DNA of 64,000 bases from Bacilli bacterium. Lineage in GTDB: Bacteria > Bacillota_I > Bacilli_A > RF39 > UBA660. The position numbers and the translations under genes were made by a program. This document shows, piece by piece, positions 30,052 to 38,942 of the stretch. Position 1 is the first letter of the stretch; each line of letters starts with the position of its first letter. The notes beneath the pieces were generated by a model. That model ran no database searches and had not been told where the DNA came from. It saw only the letters and a list, made by a program, of their open reading frames with translations. The stretch lies in contig JAFRIJ010000003.1 in the NCBI GenBank assembly GCA_017432825.1, forward strand, positions 2,490-66,489. The letters run 5' to 3'.

Positions 30052-30070
30052 TTTTTTAGGAGGATTAATT

Positions 30071-31159
30071 ATGAGTAAAGTTAATAAGAAAAGTGGGGGA
30101 ATTGGAGCAGGTTTTTTGCTTTTATTAATTGGTATTGGACTTCTTTGGTATAATGAGGGAAGAACTGTTAAGAATCAGAGTGCTATTAATGAAGCAAGAA
30201 AGAATTATATTCAGGTTAAAAGTGATGCTGTTGATAGTAAGAATGAAGGAAAACTTGTTGCGACTAAGGGTAAACTTGATATTAGTGAATCTGGTGAATT
30301 GAAAGATTCTATTTTTGGAATATCTGTTAAGGGTGTTAAATTAGTTAGGACTGTTGAAGTATATCAGTGGAAAGAAAGTTGTGAGACTGATGATAATGAT
30401 AACAAACATTGTACATATGAGAAAGTTTGGGATTCTAATTTAATTGATTCTAGTTCTTTTGAGGAAGGAAACCATTATAATCCTTCTAGTAAGCTATATG
30501 AGGATGAAGTATATTTGGCTTATAATGTAAGAGCAGGTGCTTATGTTTTACCTGATGAATTAGTTAGTCAATTAGCTTGTGATAAGAATAAGAATAATGT
30601 TGAATTAAATAATGAATATAATAAATCTATTGATACTATTAAAGTGGATGGTAATTATTTAACTAATGTTAATGATAATGTTCCTGAAATTGGTGATATT
30701 AGAATTTCTTATCAGTATATTGATTCAGGTAATGTTAGTGTTTTGGCTGTTCAGACTGGTAATACGTTTGAGGCTTATACTACTAAAAATGGTAAGGATA
30801 TATATAAAATTTTAAAGGGTAATTATACTGGCGTTCAGATATTAGAAAAGATGACAAAGACTAATAAGACTTGGAAATGGATTTTAAGATTTTTAGGAAT
30901 AGTATTAATTATATCTGGATTTAATTCTATATTTAGTTTAATTACTAATTTAACTAATAAGATTCCTTTTTTAGGAAATTTAGTTGGAGGGGCATTTAGT
31001 ATTGTATCTAGTATATTAGGTATTTCTTTATCATTAATAATTATTGCGGTAGCATGGTTTAGATTTAGGCCAATACTTTCTATTGTATTAATTGTTATTG
31101 TTGTTTTATTATTAATTGTATTAAAAATGTATAGTAAGAATAAACAAGTCGATAAATAA
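30071..31159 (+). CDS. TMEM43/DUF1625-family membrane protein
   Basis: N-terminal TM with LLWYNEGR, a large extracytoplasmic domain, and three C-terminal TMs, which is TMEM43-like topology. Confidence 0.45.
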   Translation: MSKVNKKSGGIGAGFLLLLIGIGLLWYNEGRTVKNQSAINEARKNYIQVKSDAVDSKNEGKLVATKGKLDISESGELKDSIFGISVKGVKLVRTVEVYQWKESCETDDNDNKHCTYEKVWDSNLIDSSSFEEGNHYNPSSKLYEDEVYLAYNVRAGAYVLPDELVSQLACDKNKNNVELNNEYNKSIDTIKVDGNYLTNVNDNVPEIGDIRISYQYIDSGNVSVLAVQTGNTFEAYTTKNGKDIYKILKGNYTGVQILEKMTKTNKTWKWILRFLGIVLIISGFNSIFSLITNLTNKIPFLGNLVGGAFSIVSSILGISLSLIIIAVAWFRFRPILSIVLIVIVVLLLIVLKMYSKNKQVDK

Positions 31160-31162
31160 TAA

Positions 31163-31195
31163 GATAAGTATTGATTTACTTATCTTTTTTGTTGT
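31163..31195 (+). terminator. intrinsic terminator AAGATAAGTA-N-TACTTATCTT + T6
   Basis: Hairpin plus T-tract. Confidence 0.55.
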
Positions 31196-31227
31196 ATAAT
31201 TTATATGAAAGATATGGAGGTATACAT

Positions 31228-32415
31228 ATGAGATGTGTAGGTACAGTTGTTAGGGGAATTAGAACTCCTATTATTAAAGAGAATGATGATTTAGCTTCTA
31301 TTGTTGTTGATTCTTTAATGAAAGCTAAGGATAATGAGGGATTTGAATTTAGAGATAAAGATGTTGTTGCTATTACAGAAGCAGTAGTTGGTATTAGTGA
31401 AGGTAACTATGTTACTGTAGATGATATTGCTACTGATTTAAAAGAAAAATTTCCTTCTAAAAGAATTGGTGTTGTATTTCCAATTCTTAGTCGTAATAGA
31501 TTTTCTATGATACTTAAAGGTATTGCTCGTGGTATGGATCATATAACTATGTTATTGTCTTTTCCTTCTGATGAAGTTGGTAATAATATTTTATATGATG
31601 ATAAGTTAGATAGTAGTAAATTTAATTTATCTAGTGTTATTAGTGAAAGTGATTATGAAGAGTATTTTGGTGATTTTCTTCATCCTTTTACTGGTATTAA
31701 TATGGTGGATTTTTATAGAGATTTGATTCATAGTGAAAATTGTGAAGTGGAATTTGTTTTTGCTAATGATCCTAAGGTTATTCTTAATTATACTAAAGAT
31801 GTATTAACTTGCGATATTCATACTAGAATGACTACTAAAAGAGTAATTTCTGAAGCTGGTGCTAATAGTGTTTATGGGTTATTTGAAGTTATGAATAAGC
31901 CTATTAATGGTAGTGGATTTAATCCAGAATATGGTTTGTTAGGTTCTAATAAATCTACTGAAGAAAGATTAAAGTTATTTCCTAAAACTGGTGATAAATT
32001 GGTATTAGATATTCAAAATAAATTAAAAGAATTAACTGGTAAGACTATAGAAGTAATGGTATATGGGGATGGAGCTTTTAAGGATCCTGTAGGACATATT
32101 TGGGAACTTGCTGATCCTGTTGTTTCTCCAGCTCATACTAGTGGATTAGATGGTACACCAAATGAGATTAAATTAAAATATGTTTCTGATAATAAATATA
32201 AAGATTTATCTGGAGATGAATTAAAGAATGCTATTAAAGAAGAAATTAGACATAAAGACAAAGATTTGAAGGGTAAGATGATTACTCAAGGAACTACTCC
32301 TAGAAGATTAACTGATTTAATTGGTTCTTTATGTGATTTAACTAGCGGTAGTGGTGATAAAGGAACTCCAGTTGTATTTATTCAAGGTTATTTTGATAAT
32401 TTAGCTGATGATTAA
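31228..32415 (+). CDS. CofE-superfamily gamma-glutamyl ligase-like protein (extended)
   Basis: VRGIRTPIIKENDDLASIV, DKDVVAITEAVVGISEGNYV and C-terminal DKGTPVVFIQGY parallel CofE IENIPLVEPGDNLAEII, DGDVIVISSKIVSKAEGR and DEGIPVVIIRGY. RBS GGAGG precedes the ATG. Confidence 0.5.
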   Translation: MRCVGTVVRGIRTPIIKENDDLASIVVDSLMKAKDNEGFEFRDKDVVAITEAVVGISEGNYVTVDDIATDLKEKFPSKRIGVVFPILSRNRFSMILKGIARGMDHITMLLSFPSDEVGNNILYDDKLDSSKFNLSSVISESDYEEYFGDFLHPFTGINMVDFYRDLIHSENCEVEFVFANDPKVILNYTKDVLTCDIHTRMTTKRVISEAGANSVYGLFEVMNKPINGSGFNPEYGLLGSNKSTEERLKLFPKTGDKLVLDIQNKLKELTGKTIEVMVYGDGAFKDPVGHIWELADPVVSPAHTSGLDGTPNEIKLKYVSDNKYKDLSGDELKNAIKEEIRHKDKDLKGKMITQGTTPRRLTDLIGSLCDLTSGSGDKGTPVVFIQGYFDNLADD

Positions 32416-32417
32416 TT

Positions 32418-32446
32418 AAAAGAGGTTAACCTCTTTTTTTTATTTT
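32418..32446 (+). terminator. intrinsic terminator AAGAGGTTAACCTCTT + T8
   Basis: Perfect hairpin plus T-tract. Confidence 0.65.
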
Positions 32447-32453
32447 GTGTTTA

Positions 32454-32462
32454 TGTTATAAT
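32454..32462 (+). promoter_or_regulatory. extended -10 TGTTATAAT (TTTATGTTATAAT motif)
   Basis: Motif instance upstream of module copy B. Confidence 0.4.
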
Positions 32463-32489
32463 TTAGTATATGTATGGATGGTGATAAAA

Positions 32490-33563
32490 ATGGTAGTAGA
32501 AGTCTGTGAGAATCCTTATGTTTTAAATATAATTTTATTTGTAGAAAGTATTATTAAAATAATGTTTTATATTTTACCTGGCGGAGTAACATTAATGATT
32601 ATAATTGATTTATTTAAAGCTATTATTAAAGGGGAGGATAAGGCTAATGTTAATTTTAAGTTATTTATTAAGAGACTTATTAATGTTGTTGGATTATTTT
32701 TAGTTCCTACTATTGTTGGTTTTGTTATGCAATTTGTTAATGATTTGGAATTATTTAATGGTGATTATGCGGCTTGTTTGAAAAATACTTCTTCTGTGAA
32801 AGAATATGCTTTAAGGTATGATGCTTTAGCTAAAGAGGAAGAAGAGAAAAGAGAAGCTAATAGACAATATTTATTTACAGAAGAAGAGTATAAAGAATAT
32901 TTAGAAAGAAAGAAAGGAAATTATATCCCTGGTGGAGGTAATAAAAATAATAATTCTGATGATAAATCTTCTTATGTTGGACAAACTTTTAATTTAACTG
33001 ATAGTGAGATAAGAAATCTAACTGCTGTGTGTATTTGCGAACAAGGAGCTACTAAAGCTGGTGTTTCTGGTGAAGCTAGTTTGATGGCTAATGTTTATGA
33101 ATATGTACATAGTAAAAAATCTCTTTTTGAATGGGTTCACTTACATCCTAGTGATGGTGGATGGTTTAGTACTCAGAGTACTGGTGGAGGTTGTTTAAAG
33201 GAAGTAACTAATGAATTGTTTGAATCTGTTAAGGATGTTTTAGTTAATGGTAATAGAACACTTCCTTTATATGTTAACGAGCATGATTGTTGGTTTTGTC
33301 AAGAACATAATGGTAATAGGTGTAAAAATGGTAATAAGGGAGATATATGTTATTTAAACAATGGTGGCGGCAATTTATCTAGTAAATCTGATATAACTAA
33401 TAGAGCTAACTATAAAAAGGATATTACTAAGATTTATAGTTATTATAAACGTAATGATTATGGAGATGATGCATACTATGTTTTTTATACTTTTTTAAAT
33501 AACTCAAGTGATCCTTTTGGCTATACAATGGATTATTATAAAAGAATAACTACTAGGAGGTAA
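32490..33563 (+). CDS. polytopic membrane protein, paralogue of ORF 20546 (copy B), with a divergent Cys-rich C-terminal ectodomain
   Basis: The N-terminal ~110 aa align to ORF 20546 (ILFVESIIK...IIDLFKAII...LVPTIVGFV vs ILFIKSLLS...SIDFFKNVV...LIPTIVSTV). The C-domain retains GAT.AGVSGEAS and H.PSDGG...GGGC but not the canonical SGCGAT. Confidence 0.5.
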   Translation: MVVEVCENPYVLNIILFVESIIKIMFYILPGGVTLMIIIDLFKAIIKGEDKANVNFKLFIKRLINVVGLFLVPTIVGFVMQFVNDLELFNGDYAACLKNTSSVKEYALRYDALAKEEEEKREANRQYLFTEEEYKEYLERKKGNYIPGGGNKNNNSDDKSSYVGQTFNLTDSEIRNLTAVCICEQGATKAGVSGEASLMANVYEYVHSKKSLFEWVHLHPSDGGWFSTQSTGGGCLKEVTNELFESVKDVLVNGNRTLPLYVNEHDCWFCQEHNGNRCKNGNKGDICYLNNGGGNLSSKSDITNRANYKKDITKIYSYYKRNDYGDDAYYVFYTFLNNSSDPFGYTMDYYKRITTRR

Positions 33564-33567
33564 TTGT

Positions 33568-34176
33568 ATGTTCGAAAAAATTAAGAATAGATTTTATTAT
33601 CTAAGTATTAGTAATAAGATTTTTATATTTTCTTTTATTATAATTATTCTTTTTTTAGTTCTTAAAATATATAATAGTAAGAGCGTTGAACCTAAGTTTA
33701 TTAATCATATAAAAAAACTTGGCTATGTTAATACAGATGGTGGTAATTTATATTATAAAAATATTTTAGGTGTTAGTTTAGAAGAATATAATTATGATGT
33801 TTCCTATAAAAAAGAAAATCATTATGAAATTAATTATTTTGATATAGATAATGTTTTATTTAAAAAAAATAAAAGAGATTATGTGGATGGTATTAGTTCT
33901 TTGTTAAATGAATCATATGATTATAAGACTAGGGTAGTTGATTATTCTTATCGTGTTCAATATGATGATGAGGCTGCTTTTATTTTTAGCGGTAAATATA
34001 TGTTTAAAGATGGTGAGTTTAATTATACTTGTGAAAAAGATTATATATATAATTATGATATAGATGATAAGGATGAAATTATATGTAATAAATTAAAAAG
34101 TGATGTAAGTAATTTTTATAAAGAGTCTATTGGTGTTATTGATAATTATTCTCTTATAAATAGATTAATTAAATGA
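33568..34176 (+). CDS. N-terminally membrane-anchored protein, partner of module copy B
   Basis: N-terminal TM. The LEEYNYDVSYKKENHYEINYFDI block parallels the start of the mature ORF 21642 protein. Confidence 0.45.
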   Translation: MFEKIKNRFYYLSISNKIFIFSFIIIILFLVLKIYNSKSVEPKFINHIKKLGYVNTDGGNLYYKNILGVSLEEYNYDVSYKKENHYEINYFDIDNVLFKKNKRDYVDGISSLLNESYDYKTRVVDYSYRVQYDDEAAFIFSGKYMFKDGEFNYTCEKDYIYNYDIDDKDEIICNKLKSDVSNFYKESIGVIDNYSLINRLIK

Positions 34177-34212
34177 TATAATATTTATATCATTTTTATT
34201 TGGAGTGATTAT

Positions 34213-34641
34213 ATGGATGATTTTTATTTTATGAATGAAGCTATAAAGTTAGCTAAGATAGCATATGATTTAGATGAAGTTCCTGTTGGATGTGTTATTG
34301 TTAAAGATAATAATATTATATCTAGTAGTTATAATAGAAAAGAAATAGATGGAATTGCTACTTCTCATGCTGAGATTCTTGCTATTAATGATGCTTGTAA
34401 AAAACTTAGGACTTGGCATTTAGATAATTGTACTTTATATACTACTATAGAACCTTGTATGATGTGTACAGGTGCTATTATTCAGTCTAGAATTGGTAGA
34501 GTAGTATATGGAGCTGGTAACGATAGCTTTGGTTATTTAAGTAAAATAAATAATAATAAAATTGTAGTAAGTGATGGTATATTAAAAGATGAATGTTTGA
34601 TATTATTGAGTAATTTTTTTAAGGATAAGAGAAGAAACTAA
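34213..34641 (+). CDS. tadA: tRNA-specific adenosine deaminase
   Basis: HAEILAI and TIEPCMMCTGAI deaminase zinc motifs. Confidence 0.9.
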   Translation: MDDFYFMNEAIKLAKIAYDLDEVPVGCVIVKDNNIISSSYNRKEIDGIATSHAEILAINDACKKLRTWHLDNCTLYTTIEPCMMCTGAIIQSRIGRVVYGAGNDSFGYLSKINNNKIVVSDGILKDECLILLSNFFKDKRRN

Positions 34642-34650
34642 TAACTTTAG

Positions 34651-34678
34651 TTGATTTTTTTATTATTTGTGTTATAAT
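34651..34678 (+). promoter_or_regulatory. sigma-A-type promoter TTGATT-N16-TGTTATAAT
   Basis: -35 TTGATT and an extended -10 upstream of the Cys-rich ORF. Confidence 0.45.
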
Positions 34679-34706
34679 ATGTTCTACTTTTTTGGGAGGT
34701 GTAATT

Positions 34707-35276
34707 ATGTCGAATACATGTACATATTATAGATATGAGTGGTCTGGACAGACTTGCTCTGTAGATGGTAATAAGGTTAGAATAAGTGATGATTATTATA
34801 ATAAATATTGTAAATATGATTATAATATGAGAGGATGTCCTCGTTATAAACAATATGGACCTTATCAATCTAGTGGTTGTTATCTTACTACAATTGTTTG
34901 TGATACTTTAGGAATGGATGATCATGTTAGTTATTTAGAGACTTTAAGAAGTTTTAGAGATAATGTATTGCAAAAGAATCCTAACTATAAAGAGATTCTT
35001 GCTTTATATGATGTTGTAGGTCCTGCTATTTCTTGTAAACTAGCTCATGATAGTTATAAAAAACAAATAGCTACTAATTTATTTAATTTAGGTATTAAAC
35101 CTATTTGTAAATTATTAAGTGATAATAAACAAGAGGAAGCTATAGAATTATATAAAGATATGACTGATTTACTTAGACGTGGTTATGGTATTAAAGCTAC
35201 TGTTAGTGATGAATACTTAAATACTATGGATATTCGTAATGCTGGTCATGGTAAAAAATTAGTTAAAAGTATTTAA
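34707..35276 (+). CDS. Cys-rich hypothetical protein (8 Cys in the first 70 aa, then a helical domain)
   Basis: RBS GGGAGGTG. CTYYRYEWSGQTCSVDG...CKYDYNMRGCPRY...GCYLTTIVCDTLG. No family was recognised. Confidence 0.5.
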   Translation: MSNTCTYYRYEWSGQTCSVDGNKVRISDDYYNKYCKYDYNMRGCPRYKQYGPYQSSGCYLTTIVCDTLGMDDHVSYLETLRSFRDNVLQKNPNYKEILALYDVVGPAISCKLAHDSYKKQIATNLFNLGIKPICKLLSDNKQEEAIELYKDMTDLLRRGYGIKATVSDEYLNTMDIRNAGHGKKLVKSI

Positions 35277-35325
35277 TTATAATTATTTAAAGCTATAATT
35301 TTTCATATAATTATTAGGTGATTAT

Positions 35326-36066
35326 ATGAATAATTGTATAGCTTTTTTTCTTACTTTTTTATCTGGTATTTCTACTTTGTTAGGATTAATTCCTATTTTT
35401 ATTAAAGTAAAGGAAGAACATAAGTTATTATGTTCTTCTTTAGCTTTTGCTTCTGGTGTTATGTTATCTATATCTATTATTGATTTAATACCGGAGGCTT
35501 TTAGAATGTTTAATAATTTTAGTTCTTTTATTAGTATTATATACGTTTTTATTTTTTTATTATTTGGTATTATGATATCAAAATTATTTGATCATACTGT
35601 TAGTAAGTATGATAATAGTTCTTTATATAAAGTTGGTATTATATCTATGATAGGTCTTATTATTCATAATATTCCTGAGGGTATTATTACTTTTTTTACA
35701 GCTTCTAATAATATTAAGTTAGGTATATCTATGACAATTGCTATTGCTATGCATAATATTCCTGAAGGAATATCTATAGGTATTCCTATATATTATTCTA
35801 CTAATAGTAAGATAAAATCATTTATTTATACTTTTGTAGCAGCTATATCTGAAATATTTGGTGCTTTTATTACTTATTTATTTCTTTCTAATTATATAAA
35901 TAATACTATTATGGGTATTTTATTTTCTGTTATTGCTGGAATAATGATTTATATTTCTTTATATGAATTGTTATTAGAATCTATTAATTACAAAAAAACA
36001 ATATATACAATACTATTTTTTTTGATTGGTTTTGTGTTTATGATTATTAATTTATTGTTGTTATAA
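35326..36066 (+). CDS. zupT: ZIP-family zinc transporter ZupT
   Basis: Two HNIPEGI metal-binding motifs and 8 TM helices. Confidence 0.85.
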   Translation: MNNCIAFFLTFLSGISTLLGLIPIFIKVKEEHKLLCSSLAFASGVMLSISIIDLIPEAFRMFNNFSSFISIIYVFIFLLFGIMISKLFDHTVSKYDNSSLYKVGIISMIGLIIHNIPEGIITFFTASNNIKLGISMTIAIAMHNIPEGISIGIPIYYSTNSKIKSFIYTFVAAISEIFGAFITYLFLSNYINNTIMGILFSVIAGIMIYISLYELLLESINYKKTIYTILFFLIGFVFMIINLLLL

Positions 36067-36107
36067 TTATTTTATGTTATACTTATTTAGTAGTAAGGTT
36101 GTGATTT

Positions 36108-37349
36108 ATGAAAAGAATAGTTTATATATTATTATTGTTACTATGTTTTTTTAATATTGGTTATGTTAATGCAGATAGTTTGGATAAAGCTTATGATTAT
36201 ACTTATGAAGAAATCAATGTGGATTTAGCTAGTAAGTATGTTATTTTATATAATTTAAAAGATAATTATAAGCTTTTAGATATTAAAAGTAGTGAGAGAG
36301 TACAAGTAGCAAGTTTAACTAAGATTATGACTTGTATTGTTGCTATTGAAAATATTAATAATTTAGATGAAAAAATATCTATTAATAGTAATGTTTTTAG
36401 TGGTATTAGTGAATATTCTAAAGCTGGATTTAATATTGGTGATAAAGTTACTTATAGAGATTTATTATATGGTGCTATGCTTCCTAGTGGGGCTGATGCT
36501 GTTAATGCTCTTGTGTTAAATATTAGTGGTAGTGAAGAAGAATTTACTAAATTAATGAATAATAAAGTTAAGGAATTAAAATTAGATAATACTCATTTTG
36601 ATAATGCTATTGGTAAAGATTCTAAAGATAATTATTCTAGTGCTTATGATTTAGCTGTTATACTAAATTATGCTTTAAATAATAATACTTTTAAAGAAAT
36701 ATTTACTTCTAGAAAATATACTACAAGTAATGGACTTGTTTTAGAGAGTACTTTGGGTATGTATGGTAGAAATATAAATGTTGATATGATTAAAGGATCT
36801 AAGAGTGGATATACTGATTCTGCTGGTGTATGTTTAGCTTCTTATGCTAATGTTGGTGATGTTGATTATTTGCTTATTGTTCTTGGTGCTAATTATAATA
36901 ATAGATCTAATGCTGTAAGAGATTCTGTTGATATTTACAATTATTTAGATAAGAATTATGGGTATAAGATTCTATTAAATAAAGATAAAGTTGTTAAGAG
37001 ATTAAAAATTATTTGGGGTAAGAAGAAAACATATGATGTTAGGGTTAGTGAAGATGTTAATGAGTATGTTAAAAATACAATTGATGTAAATAAATTAAAA
37101 TATGAATATAAGGGTATTAATAATATTAAATATGGGATTAAAAAGGGAGATAAATTAGGTAGTGTTGAAATACTATATAATGATAAATATATTGATAGTG
37201 TTTATGTTTATTTAAATGAAGATCTTAAATTTTATCATCCTGTTATATATTCTATTATGTTTATATCTTTTGTAGTTATGTTTCTTTCTTTTGTTAAAAT
37301 TATTAAGAGAAGAAAGAAGAAAAAGAAGAGAAAGGATAAAAGACGTTGA
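36108..37349 (+). CDS. D-alanyl-D-alanine carboxypeptidase (S11 low-MW PBP, DacA/DacF-like) with C-terminal TM anchor
   Basis: Signal peptide, SxxK (ASLTKIMT), a KTG-like KSGYTDSAG, and a C-terminal TM plus KKKKKRKDKRR tail. The SxN position reads SGA. Confidence 0.75.
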   Translation: MKRIVYILLLLLCFFNIGYVNADSLDKAYDYTYEEINVDLASKYVILYNLKDNYKLLDIKSSERVQVASLTKIMTCIVAIENINNLDEKISINSNVFSGISEYSKAGFNIGDKVTYRDLLYGAMLPSGADAVNALVLNISGSEEEFTKLMNNKVKELKLDNTHFDNAIGKDSKDNYSSAYDLAVILNYALNNNTFKEIFTSRKYTTSNGLVLESTLGMYGRNINVDMIKGSKSGYTDSAGVCLASYANVGDVDYLLIVLGANYNNRSNAVRDSVDIYNYLDKNYGYKILLNKDKVVKRLKIIWGKKKTYDVRVSEDVNEYVKNTIDVNKLKYEYKGINNIKYGIKKGDKLGSVEILYNDKYIDSVYVYLNEDLKFYHPVIYSIMFISFVVMFLSFVKIIKRRKKKKKRKDKRR

Positions 37350-37374
37350 CTTAAAAAATAAAATATAATATAAT
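37346..37374 (+). promoter_or_regulatory. consensus sigma-A promoter TTGACT-N17-TATAAT
   Basis: Perfect -35/-10 with a 17-nt spacer, overlapping the dacA-like stop and driving the T-box leader. Confidence 0.65.
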
Positions 37375-37380
37375 ACATTT

Positions 37381-37590
37381 GATGTCAGTAATAAGATTAT
37401 GATGAGGAAGTAGTAATACAAATTATTAATATAAGAGAGTTAGTGTTAGGTGAGAGACTAATTATTAATATTGTATGAATTCACCCTTTAGTTTTATCGT
37501 GTGATTACGTTATTAATCTGAGTGTATAATTTTAATTATAAAGAAAGGTGGTACCGCGGCTTTAGTCGTCCTTTTAGACCATCTTTTTTT
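37381..37590 (+). promoter_or_regulatory. T-box riboswitch leader, putative Phe (UUC) specifier, with terminator
   Basis: Stem-I-like AGAGAG/GGTGAGAG elements, a specifier-loop candidate GAATTCA (UUC = Phe), the T-box sequence AAAGGTGGTACCGCGG, and a terminator hairpin ending ...GACCATC + T7. Confidence 0.6.
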
Positions 37591-37604
37591 GTTTGGAGGA
37601 TGAT

Positions 37605-37889
37605 ATGTATAATATAGAGTATTTACTTAAATATGTATCTAATGATTGTTATAAAAAAATTATTAATAATTCTAATAATTATATATTAGATAGTTTAGAA
37701 CATAATAGAATAGATGTTGATTTAAATATAAGATATTTAATTAAACTTGGTATTAAAAATTTGGATGATGTTATTTATGAAAGGTTAGAAGATTTAATTA
37801 AGTGTCATAATGATTTTATATTGATGATTGATAATTATATTAATACTATGGGAGAATATGATTTTATTAGTATGATAGAAAATGTTTGA
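37605..37889 (+). CDS. hypothetical small helical protein (94 aa), first ORF of the T-box-controlled pheST operon
   Basis: RBS GGAGGA sits 4 nt before the ATG at 37605, immediately after the T-box terminator. No family was recognised. Confidence 0.45.
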   Translation: MYNIEYLLKYVSNDCYKKIINNSNNYILDSLEHNRIDVDLNIRYLIKLGIKNLDDVIYERLEDLIKCHNDFILMIDNYINTMGEYDFISMIENV

Positions 37890-37898
37890 GGTGATAAT

Positions 37899-38942
37899 AT
37901 GAAAGATATTGAAATGTTACTTAGTGAAGTTAAAAGTGTTTTTGATAAGGTTAAAGATATTAATGAATTAAATGAATTAAAAGTTTTATATATGGGTAAG
38001 AAAGGAAAAATTACAGAAATTAACAGTCATATTAAGGATGTTAGTAATGATATGAAGAAAGAATTTGGTATGAAGGTTAATGAAGTAAAAAAACTATTTA
38101 ATGAAAAATATGAGTCTAAGAAAAAAGAATTTGAGGATTATTTATTAAATAAGCAACTTGAAGAAGAGCGTATAGATATTAGTTTGCCTGCTACTAGGGT
38201 TAGTATTGGGGCTCCCAATATTTTAGAGAAGGTAATTGAAGAAATAGAAGAAGTTTTTTTATCTATGGGTTATGATGTTGTTGATGGTCCTGAAATTGAA
38301 GAAGATAAATATAATTTTGAAATGCTAAATATTCCTAAGGGGCATCCTGCTAGAGATGCTCAAGATACTTTCTATATTGAGGGTGATGAAATATTACTTC
38401 GAAGTCAGACTAGTCCCGTTCAGGTTAGATCTATGTTAAAAGGTGAGGGGAAAACTCCTATTAGGATGATATGTCCTGGTAAAACTTATAGACGTGATGA
38501 TGATGATGCAAGTCATTCACATCAGTTTATGCAAATTGAAGGATTATTAGTTGAGAAAGATATTAGTTTGAGTGATTTAAAAGGAACTTTAGATGTTATA
38601 TTTAAACGTTTATTTGGTGAAGATGTTGAAGTTCGTTTTAGACCTAGTTATTATCAATTTACTGAGCCTTCTGTTGAAGTTGATATTACTTGTGTTAATT
38701 GTCATGGTAAGGGTTGTGCTGTTTGTAAACGTACTGGATGGGTTACTGTAGCAGGAGCAGGTATTGTTCATCCTAATGTTCTTCGTATGAGTGGATATGA
38801 TCCTAGTGTTTGGAGTGGTTTTGCTTTTGGATTTGGAGCTGAAAGACTTGCTATGATGAAATATGATATTGATGATATTAGAACTTTCTATAATACTGAT
38901 TTGAGAGAATTAAGGGTATTTGATAGGGAGGATGAAGAATAA
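37899..38942 (+). CDS. pheS: phenylalanine--tRNA ligase alpha subunit
   Basis: Class II motifs: FRPSYYQFTEPS (motif 2 region) and GFAFGFGAERLAM (motif 3). Confidence 0.95.
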   Translation: MKDIEMLLSEVKSVFDKVKDINELNELKVLYMGKKGKITEINSHIKDVSNDMKKEFGMKVNEVKKLFNEKYESKKKEFEDYLLNKQLEEERIDISLPATRVSIGAPNILEKVIEEIEEVFLSMGYDVVDGPEIEEDKYNFEMLNIPKGHPARDAQDTFYIEGDEILLRSQTSPVQVRSMLKGEGKTPIRMICPGKTYRRDDDDASHSHQFMQIEGLLVEKDISLSDLKGTLDVIFKRLFGEDVEVRFRPSYYQFTEPSVEVDITCVNCHGKGCAVCKRTGWVTVAGAGIVHPNVLRMSGYDPSVWSGFAFGFGAERLAMMKYDIDDIRTFYNTDLRELRVFDREDEE

